DNA of 64,000 bases from Octopus vulgaris (taxonomy: Eukaryota). Each line of letters begins with the position of its first letter. The stretch's first letter is position 1. The notes under the pieces were generated by a model, which did not search any database, was not told the origin of the DNA, and was given only the letters and a program-made list of their open reading frames with translations. This document shows, in pieces, positions 51,720 through 62,440 of this stretch. A program made the position numbers and the translations under genes. The DNA is taken from the NCBI GenBank assembly GCA_951406725.2, contig OX597814.1, positions 69,626,001 to 69,690,000 of the forward strand. Reading direction: 5' to 3'.

Positions 51720-53050
51720 TAGTTTTCAAAGTGACAACTTACAGAGGGGAATTTTAAGGCCAGGTACAACAATCACACCTTGAGCTTCAGGTACTGGGAT
51801 AAAAGGAAAACGACCGAATTATCCAGTCATATATGGTCCTTAAAAGATAAAAGCATCAGTTAAAACATCCATTGGAAGATCTTAGCCAAGTATAAGCCTT
51901 ACGCCAACAGCAGTGGAAAGTGTGGTCTTTGTGATATGGAAAGATGGCTCATCTGGACAAGCAGCTTAGCCCCCCACAACATGTCTAAATTCAAGAACTG
52001 AACTTTTTGAATCATGTTCATATGTAGCTAAATATTTGTTACGTTTTTGGTTCCCACCCCACCAAGATCACAGATAGAACCTGCTTTTTATATTGTGTCC
52101 ACATACAAGTATTTTATCTCTCTACACTTTTTATATATATTTTTTACATGTTCTTTACATATTATTTTACATCTTTATAGATATATTTTTATATTTTTAT
52201 TGCTTTATATATTTTTACACATTTTTTTCTATATTTTACCTTTCACCTTGCATTTATCTTGTGCAAGTGCGCATATAGACATGTATATGAACTTATTTGT
52301 GTGTGTACGTGTGTGTGTATGTGTGCAGGTATGTTTGCATGTATATGTGGGTGGACAAGCGAGTGTTCCATGTGAGTGTGAGTGAGCATATGCATATATA
52401 GCATGTACATACTTTAGACATGTATTTGAATATAACTGTGTGCGTATGGGTATGTACACGTGTGTGTGCGGATATACATATGTGTAGATGTACGTGTATG
52501 GTTGCATATATATGTGGGTGCACATGCATGTGTTTCACATGAGTGTGAGTGAGCATATAGCATGTACATATTTTTAGACATGTATTTGAATATAACTGTG
52601 CGTGTATGGTTATGTGGATGTGTGTGTATGTGTGCATGGATATGTATACGTGTACATGCATGGTTGCATATATATGTGCATCTATTGGCATATGTGTGGG
52701 TGTGCATGTATGTGTTTCATGTGAGTGTGAGTGAGTATATGCATACAGGCACAGGTACATGGGTGTGCGTATGTGTATGTATGTACATGTGCACAAGTAA
52801 TTGCTATGAGCATCTTTACTTCTTTACTTTTACTTCCTCCCCTTTGGTTTTTTTCCCCTTATTTAATGGTCATTCTAATAGCTCTTTTGTCTTAATAATG
52901 GTCTATTACATAGTAACTTCCCTTTGTTTAACTGTAATTTTCATAGCATATTTTGATTGCCTCAGTAACTGTAGAGCTGCTGGAGCAGGTTTCTGCTCTG
53001 ACATCCGAAACTTGGAGTCTTATTATGGCAACCGAATAATTGTCACATAT
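51720..53050 (+). mobile_element. Older PLE 3' fragment (31-kb family): GIY-YIG end, microsatellite-rich UTR, decayed hammerhead at 52964-53024
   Basis: LTEGNFKARYNNHTLSF..CGLCDMERW; CUGUAGA..CCGAAAC-UUGGA-GUC-UUAU. Confidence 0.82.
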
Positions 53051-53060
53051 TATATTACAG

Positions 53061-53091
<31 letters not shown>

Positions 53092-53094
53092 TAC

Positions 53095-54945
53095 ATGATG
53101 GCCATCCACTCGTGAACGAGGAAGACCATTGCTGACCTTCAGGAACATTGTGCGCTCTAGGACTAACTTATATTTTGCATTTGTGGCTCCGTTAGTGGCT
53201 AATGAACCCAGCTCTTGACAAGCATACACGACTGCAAACATTGCAGACCAAGCTTTCCCCATTCACTATACGAGCCGTGCGCTTTCGCACAGCTCGCTTA
53301 AGTTCTTCATGCTGGATATGTGCTCTCTCAAAAGTGTCGATCCCCTCCTTAACCTGCTTCCTCCATCTGTGGCAATGACAGGCATTGTTCTCCCAGTCAG
53401 TGTCCTGTATATCAAAAGCCTTTAACGAGGAATTGACACAGTCCTTAAATCGTAGCCTTGGTTTCTCCTTTCATTCACAAGTTCTCCATAGAGCATCTGC
53501 TTAGGAATCCTTCTATCCTCCATTCTAATAAGGTGTCCAGTCCAACGCAACTGGTGCTTGTGTACCATCGCCTCAATACTCAAGTTATCAGCTGTCCTCA
53601 GGATCTGTGTGTCTGGAATTTTTGAGGTCCAGCCAACATTGAGAATGTGTCTGAGACATCTCTGATGAAAACATTGAAGGACTCTTACCTGACGTTTGTA
53701 CAGAGTCCATGTCTCACATGAGTAGAGAAGTGATGTCAGTGCACAAGCACAGTACACAGCAACTTTTGTTCTCCTTGCAATGCCATGTTGGGACCAGACA
53801 CGAAACTGAAGAGACTGGAAGGAATTAGTTGCTCTCTGCAGCCTGAAATATATTTCCTCATCCAGAGAGCAAGAACGGCTGAGTGTGCTGCCCAGGTAGA
53901 CAAACTTGTCTACTACCTTCAGAATTGTTCCTTCAACCAAGATAGCTGGTTCTATAAATGGATTTCCTGGTGCAGGCTGGAACATTACAACAGTCTTGTC
54001 CAGGCTAATGCTGAGTCCAAATGCCCTGCAAGAAGCAGAAATGCAATTCATGAGTATTTGCATGTCATCCACTGTATGAGTGACTAAGTCACAGTCATCT
54101 GCATAAAGGAGGTCATGAATAATAGACTGGGAAACCTTTGAATTGGCAGCAAATCGGCGAAGATTAAAGAGGCGACCAGAAGATCGATATCTGACATATA
54201 TTCCCAGAGAGCTAACCTTAGCAAAAGCATGAGTAAAAGCAGTAGCAAAGTACAAAGAAAAAAGAGTTGGGGCAAGGATGTCACCCTGCTTGACACCATT
54301 CTCTACAGGAATGGGTCCCGCCATGGTACCACTAACATTGACCCAAGCCTCCATCCTATCATGAAATGATTTAATTATAGATACAAAATGATCCGGACAT
54401 CCAAGTTTGCCAAGTATTTTCCATAGAAAGGCCCTACTTACAGTATCAAAGGCCTTAGTTAAATCAATGAATACCTAGACAAGATCCATATTCTGCTCAT
54501 AGCACTTCTCCTGCATCTGTCTTGCTGTGAAAATCATATCCATTGTCCCTCTACCAGATCGGAAGCCACATTGAGATTCAGATAGGACATCATTTATGAG
54601 ACACCCATTCAGACGGGTAAGAAGAATAAGTAAATTGAATCTTGGTAGGGCACCTGGAAAGGATGGAATTTGTGCCGAGGTTTTGCGATTTGGTGGTAAT
54701 TGCATCACACAGTCCCTTCATGAACTTATTAGTGCAGTCTGGAGAGATGGTGCAATCCCTAAGGACTGGAAGGATGCAATTATTCTTCCTCTATATAAAG
54801 GAAAAGGAGCCAGAACAATGTGTGGTAACTACAGAGGTATTGCTCTACTATCAGCTGCTGGCAAGGTTCTGGCAAATATTCTTCTTACCCGTCTGAATGG
54901 GTGTCTCGTAAATGATGTCCTATCTGAATCTCAATGTGGCTTCCG
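53095..54945 (-). mobile_element. RTE (BovB-like) LINE with inverted 5' segment
   Basis: Minus-strand RT (QCGFR, GVKQG, YADD, YLGS) 54628 to 53095; plus-strand upstream segment 54629-54945 (GRAPGKDG, NYRGIALL). Confidence 0.9.
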
Positions 54946-54994
54946 ACATATATACATACATATATATATACATACACACACACACACACACACG

Positions 54995-55067
<73 letters not shown>

Positions 55068-55343
55068 CAAGTAAATGGTGTTGATGTTTTAGAAGGTCCG
55101 TTACGGATATATTGGCAAGTTACTATACCAATACAGTTAAAACATTGTGATGACGTCCCTGTACCACCAATTGCATCATGGAGACACAGCTATTATGCTA
55201 CTCCAACTGGTAATGGCCTTAATGTTGATGCTGAAGAACCACAGGTAGGCTTCTTATGTATTCTCTATTTATGTGTATGTGTGTGTGGGCGTGAATATTA
55301 AACATTGTTTGTATCATAAAATATACATGTAAAAGGCTTCTGC

Positions 55344-55374
<31 letters not shown>

Positions 55375-55786
55375 ATCAATCATTACATGTACTAATGTGT
55401 GTGTGTGTGTGTATGCGTGCACACACATATACATGCATGTAATTTCTTTAAAACTTACAATTTCTGTGTCCAGAATATAAACTGACCAATGCACTAAGAA
55501 TTAGAAGTGTAGATGGCTATGTTACTAAATGTGTTAGTGTTGAAAATCAGGCAAAGAATGAGACCAGCTGGCAGACACTTTGCCAATGCAAAGTTTGTAA
55601 GATTAAGATGTACAGTAACATGCAACTTTCCACCATTGTTATGTAAATCCATTCCAGCAATGGGCATTTGATTCTTCATAGAAACCAATCGACTTCTTTA
55701 TGAGAATTTCAAACAAGAAAGTGACTTTCATGAAAACTATGCACTAAGTCAGCAAACTAAACCAGTTTTTCTTTTTATTTTTTCCT

Positions 55787-56600
55787 TATCTTTGTGGTAC
55801 CAGTGCCGGTGGCACACAAGAAAACCATCCGAACGTGGCCGTAGCCAGTACTGCACCGACTGGCCTCCGTGCTGTGGGCACGTAACAAACACCATCCGAT
55901 CGTGGCCGTTCGCCAGCCTCATCTGGCACCTGTGTCGGTGGCACATAAAAACACCATCCGAAGACCCGGCAAGACTAGTCAGGCCATAACCTGTGGCCCC
56001 TACCTGGGACGTAGTCAGTCCACCTGTACATACCTTCCTTCTTGTGACACTTGTGAAGACCTGTTGAGGCAAGTGAAAATCAAATCAAAAAAAAATCAAA
56101 ACAAATCAAAATAGATGAACATCAATGGAATTTGTATCTTTGTGGTACCAGTGCCGGTGGCACGTGGCACACAAGAAAACCATCCGAACGTGGCCGTAGC
56201 CAGTACCGCATCGACTGGCCTCCGTGCTGTGGGCACGTAACAAACACCATCCGATCGTGGCCGTTTGCCAGCCTCATCTGGCACCTGTGTCGGTGGCACA
56301 TAAAAACACCATCCGAGCGTGGCCGTCTGCCAGCCTCGTCTGGCACCTGTGTCGGTGGTACATAAAAAACACCATCCGAGCGTGGCCGTTTGCCAGCCTC
56401 GTCTGGCACCTGTGTCGGTGGCACATAAAATCACCCACTACACTCTCGGAGTGGTTGGCGTTAGGAAGGGCATCCAGCTGTAGAAACACTGCCAGATCTG
56501 ACTGGACTGGTGCAGCTTTCGGGCTCCCCAGACCCCAGTTGAACCGTCCAACCCATGCTAGCATGGAAAGCGGACGTTTAAATGATGATGATGATGATGA

Positions 56601-56605
<5 letters not shown>
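55787..56605 (+). mobile_element. RTE 3' UTR, partially duplicated, with tandem array
   Basis: Near-identical to 27390-28030, preceded by an extra partial array 55787-55960. Confidence 0.9.
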
Positions 56606-56637
<32 letters not shown>

Positions 56638-56842
56638 CACTATACTTGGAATGACCAATTTTAAATACTAATGTATTTTACTCATAAGGTATTGGAATCT
56701 TATATGTATACCATTCTGCCTAAATAATGGATCTACAAATACAAAATCCCTGCATATCACACATCTATTTTCATTCCTCAACCTCACTCTCTATTTCGTA
56801 TCTTATCTAAATTAACTATTGCTTAACCATCTTCTCACACCA

Positions 56843-56888
56843 TCTCTGATGAAGAGATACAATAAATATCCTAGAAACAGCTGTAAGA
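56843..56888 (+). ncRNA. Minimal type-I hammerhead ribozyme motif, intact core
   Basis: UCU-CUGAUGA-..GAUA..UAUC..-GAAA-CAGCU-GUA-AGA; palindromic ACAGCUGU stem III. Confidence 0.75.
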
Positions 56889-57113
56889 CCTTCTAATTTT
56901 TTTCCATAGCAAGATACAAAATCTATATAGCCTTGGTTTTTATCTCATTATGGAAAAAAAAATTTTTATATACACACACTGATATACGACCTAAGTTGGA
57001 CCCCTTATTCGCATAATCATTGAACCTAGAACTTAACCTAGAACTTATCCAGCATTACTTGACACCTTTGGGTTTCACTGACACCACAACCTCTCATAAA
57101 TGACATAAATATA

Positions 57114-59080
57114 TCTCTTATTATAAAAGGCAGATTTTATCTGCCTCCCTTTGTATCTTATAGAAATCTACAATATAGGATTTCTTCAATTACAATTTAC
57201 CTAGCATTTTTAAGAGTAGAATGCATCGGGTCGTGCCAGGTCCAGTTTTTAAAATTTCAACCCCAATTAAGCAAAATTTAGAGAAAACTCACATTGTGGT
57301 GTATAAGTCAAATGCTTCTCTTAGTGTGGCCTACACCACACGCACACGCACACAGACAGTGTGCAACAAATAAAATGAAAGTAATTCACTTTTTGTAGTG
57401 AGTGTAGTCAGTCTGCCACTTCCTCTTTACGCACATAGACACGCAAATATATAAATAAAATTGTAAGCTAACGTGCGTGTGTGTGAGTGTGTGTGTGTGC
57501 GTGTGTGTGTGTGTGAGGGTGCGTGTGTGTGTGTGCGCGTGTGCGTAAGTGTGTGACAGGAAAGTCTTTTAGGACGAATATAAGACCTATATCCAAGTAG
57601 CAGAAAGATCGCCCAAAAGTGTATATAGATATTTAAATGTATTTATATATTCATCTATACACAGATGTATGTATAATGTGTGTGTATATATTTCCATAGA
57701 GGTAACGTTTCACTCCATACAAAGTTTTTTAGGACGAATATAAGATCTAAAGCATATACAAGTAGCAGAAAGATCGCCCAAAAGTGTATATAGATATTTA
57801 AATGTATTTATATATTCATCTATACACAGATGTATGTATAATGTGTGTGTATATATTTCCATACACGTAACCATTCACTCCGCACAAAGTTTTTTAGGAC
57901 GAAAATAAGATCTAAAGTTATCTCTAAGTAGCAGAAAGATCGCCCAAAAGTGTATATAGATATATAAACGTATTTATATATTCATCTATGCACACATGTA
58001 TGTATAACGTGTGTGTATATATTTCCATAGAGGTAACCATTCACTCCATACAAAGTTTTTTAGCACGAAAATAAGATCTAAAGTTATCTCTATGAAACAG
58101 AAAGATCGCCCAAAAGTGTATATAGATATTTAAATGTATTTATATATTCATCTATACACACATGTATGTATAATGTGCATGTATATATTTCCATAGAGGT
58201 AACCATTCAATCCATACAAAGTTTTTTAGGACGAAAATATTTATATATAAAAGAAAGGTTGTGTGTCTGTCTACTCCGATTTAGATTCCTAACTACTCCC
58301 ACATTTTGCGATGCAGTTTAACCAAAACCGGGTATCTTATAGTCGTGATTCATATCGAGCCCTTCTGGGTATTAGCGCGCGTCTACGATGAGTCTATGAT
58401 TTTACAAATAATTTACCATCATTTTTTTCCATTTTAATGCATATTTTAAAAAATAAACGGAAGTAACTCTCAAACTTCACACCAATATGCGTGCTCATAT
58501 GCGACGTAATATCACATCAGCAGCATTTCCTCACACCCTCCTTGCACTTGGCGAAGGCAAAATACCAGGGGATGAAAATGGTAATATTGCCATCGATTCC
58601 ATTTGTACCATTGTTAAGACGCCTTCTGATCTCAGAGATGCAGTGTTCCCAGATCTACAAGCTAATTATCAGAATATGGATTGGATTGGCAAAAAGGCTA
58701 TACTGGCCCCGAGGAATAAAACTGTTCACCATATTAATGATGAAATGCTAAAACTCATTCCTGGGGAAGTCTATGTATATCAGTCTATCGATACAACTCC
58801 TGACCCAGAGGACGTTATCAACTATCCAATAGAGGTACTCAATTCCTTTGAGCACCCCGGACTACCACCACACTTTCTCAAACTTAAAGTTGGTGCCCCT
58901 ATAATGCTCATCAGAAATTTGGTTCTCCCAAAACAATGCAATGGCACACGTTTGATCGTTAAGTCCTTATCTCCCACCGTAAGCTTATATCAATATTTGC
59001 CTGAATAATCATCATAATTCAGTGCAATCATTAACAGTACTTTCAAGCAATTCAGCCCCAAGCAACGCTGGGCAATTCTG

Positions 59081-59083
<3 letters not shown>
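57114..59083 (+). mobile_element. Second copy of the non-autonomous Helitron (4 internal repeats)
   Basis: Reverse complement of 21642-23450; Pif1 ORF differs by 1 of 173 aa; 3' CTAG merges into (TA)n. Confidence 0.92.
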
Positions 59084-59127
<44 letters not shown>

Positions 59128-59599
59128 TATACACATACATACATATATACATACATACATATATATACTTAATATATATATATTTATATATATATATATA
59201 GATAGATAGATAGATAGATAGATATAAATATACATATTATAGTTACTTAGGGGTATTTAATTAGAAGGGCTGTTTGTATAAAGCCAATATAAATACCAAA
59301 ATTAGGAGGAAGATTTATCATTGAGGTGAGAGAACAAATTAACACAAATAACTTTTAAAATCTATTTTATACTTCTTAATTTAATATTAGTATATAATTA
59401 GCATGTCATTTTAACAACAATTATTCTTTTAACCAACACCGGGTTTCAGTCCTTATTATAATAAGCTAAATAAGTTAATTAACAATTTTTAGCTCATAAT
59501 ACTTAAATTATTATATGTTTTCTATAAACATTTGCTATTGAAGTTAATAAGATATGGATATGGATAGAAGATGCTATGGTTAATGGAACCATTAAACCC

Positions 59600-60500
59600 T
59601 GTATACTCCACTCACACTATCAGAAACCGATGGCTAATCCGTAGTGACTCAGCTATGTCGAGTACTACCAAACTCAACATCCTAGTGGCAGACTTAGTTA
59701 GAGTAATGAGGAATGTATCCCCACTATGCCAACCAAAAGAACGACAACAACACATCCAGCACTACATATTCCGAATGCAATGCTCCAGATACACACAAAA
59801 CGATAGAGTCAGAGTGTACAAAAGAGCAAAAGCGAGATTCGAATGCATTCTAAGGGACGACGAAAACAATATATGCCCCCTATACCGCAACAAGTTCTGG
59901 AATAGGTTAGAGAGAGACACCAACAAAAGGAAGAGATACGATACTTGGTATGATAACAGGAAATTTCACGGGGTAATGTTCGTTGACGCCACACCTAAGA
60001 ACAAGCTAAGTAAGACATTCAAGAAAATCCTGCACACTACTGGCCTTAAAATCAAGGTTGTAGAAAAGACAGGTAGGACTATCAAATCTGCATTATGCAG
60101 ATCATATCCATTTGATAGAATCACGTGTCAAAGTAATTGTGCAGTATGTTCAACAAACCCACATGTGAACTGCAAAACCAGGGGTACTATATACCAAATT
60201 GAGTGCCAAGAAGGACCTTGCGCAACTAACCCAGAGTCATACATAGGTGAGTCTTCTAGGAGAATCAACTACATTAAAAGGAAACCAAACTCCATCTTCT
60301 ATCAACATGCTCTAGACTGCCACAAGGGATCCTTAGGAAAACTTAAGTTAAACATCCTATCAACACATCCCACCGATGCAATGTTGAGACAGGTCACAGA
60401 AGCTGTTTGTATACAAGAATACAAACCTACTCTCAACCGAAAATCCAAATGGACTAACATCCAGATCCCATTCAGGAGGACCATTCTATAACCACCCCTC
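59600..60500 (+). mobile_element. 5'-truncated Penelope-like element, probably Naiad clade (RT thumb, Cys-rich linker, GIY-YIG)
   Basis: PLYR..W, FVDATP, KVVEKTG, C..C..C..C, TIYQIEC...C..YIGESSR, EAVCI..PTLN; Cys pair inside the GIY-YIG motif. Confidence 0.7.
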
Positions 60501-61980
60501 TCACTCATTTACATGTAATCCTTACATACATGTTGCAATGCATGGTGCTAAAGCACTTATGTGCAGTTATATATAACCGTATGAGCGTACGTTGTTTGAT
60601 ACGTATGTGCATGTATGGTGCTATAAAAAAAAAAGCATGCGCATATGAGTATGTATGGATGGATGTATTGTATGTGTATGCGTTTAGGCATATATAAAAA
60701 AAGAAAGAAAAGTGCAGATAGGTTAATATAATGCATGTCCGATTTTTAACCATTGCCCTTGAATACCGTGTCATATTTATGTATGTATGTGTGTGTGTGC
60801 GTATGTATGTTTATGCGTGTGTATGTGTGTGTGTGCGTGTGTGTGTATGTGTGTAATAATACATATGTATGTAGAAGTGGATAAGCATATATGAGTATAT
60901 AATTTAAGATTATATGTATATTTAAGAGTGTGTCTATATGATTGTGTGTACTTGTATATATGTATACGGTTATATGTGCACTGCTGCACCTAAACATTGT
61001 ATTCATTCACCGTTAGACGATGATGAGAGGGACAAACACACACCCACACATATATATATATGTGTGCATCTATATGAACATATATGTGTGTATATATACA
61101 ACCTTCAACAAAGTAACAGTCATGTACACAACTTGGATAGACACATACCAGTACATGGACATACGTTCACATGCACATACACATGTACACACACACAGAC
61201 ACGTCTGCCCATTCTCCTGATACTCACATACATACGTAGCATATAAGTACAAACATACATACATGCGTATGGGCATACACACGTACATACGCACGTACAT
61301 GTACACACATACATACGCACATGCATATGTGCGCATATACATACATACGCACATGCGTACATGCGTGCATATACACATACATACACACATACATATGTAT
61401 ATATATATATATAACCTGAACTAACTAGATGTAAGGGAAAAAAAGGAAAAAAATACACACACATATACATATTTGTATATACACACACATATGCATATAC
61501 TATAAACTTATAAAGCTAGTAACTTTTAGAGGCGGGGGGTGGGTGTAAACTGACCATTGATATCAAATTACAACCTCAATCAGTATTTCAATCGAAATTA
61601 AGAAGTTATTTATGGCCACTACCATCCCATCAAAGCCAAAATCTTATTCTCAGCCCTTTAGTATCTTATCTCTTTATCTCTTACTCTACTTTATATTCTC
61701 AATTCTTTTGTCTTTATCTTTTTTTGTTACTTTATTCTTATTTGGCTAATTCTTATTTATATGTGGTTCTAACTTTATTATCCTTATTTTTTACTTTTTT
61801 TATTATTATTTTTGCTTTTTTACTCTTGTCTTTTGCTTCTATTGTCTTTTACTTCCAGTACTCTTGCTCTTTATTTCTTTTTTTTATTGTTTTATTTTTT
61901 AACTTTTAACATTTATTTTTTCTCTCTATTTTTTCTTTTTTTTCCTTTTTTCTTTCTATCTTATTTTCCTTCCTATCTTA
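60500..61980. repeat. Low-complexity (CA/TG/TA) and T-rich tracts
   Basis: Microsatellite mosaics. Confidence 0.8.
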
Positions 61981-62216
61981 TACAAGGGAATTAAATATAA
62001 ACTCATTCCAATCTATTTAACATTCACTCTTTGTTGACTGGCGATACAGTATGGGCAGATTTTCGAAATCCAATGAATCTTTATACATTTATACAGTAAG
62101 GAAATTTTACAAATATACTTTTTCAAGGAGATATGATAAACCCATTATAATGGGTAATATTACATGTAATTTTCATATTTTTTATATTGTGATGTAATTC
62201 TTTGGACTAACAATGT

Positions 62217-62310
62217 TTGCAGCTGAAGAGAGCTTTAAACCAGCTTTTATATCAATAATACACTGATGTAATAACGGATTGTTTATAAAGCTTGAAATAT
62301 GTGTACCGCG
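62217..62310 (+). ncRNA. Hammerhead motif with long stem II
   Basis: GCAG-CUGAAGA-GAGCUUUA..UAAAGCUU-GAAA-UAUGU-GUA-CCGC. Confidence 0.6.
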
Positions 62311-62440
62311 ATATCCTTTGTGTTCTGTTTTAAACTTTATTTGATAGATTCTCTCTCACCTCTACCATTATCTTGCATATACAGGTGCTTGTACTTATCA
62401 AGTATTCACCCTAAATTTACAGTACCTATAAATATACATA

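Noticed and set aside
50399-52796. Many His/Thr/Cys/Val-rich ORFs (also at 1.3-2.0, 47.7 and 60.5-61.5 kb)
   Set aside because: Translations of CA/TG/TA microsatellites.
55228-55255. CUGAAGA followed by an ACC/GGU mini-stem
   Set aside because: No downstream GAAA or stem III.
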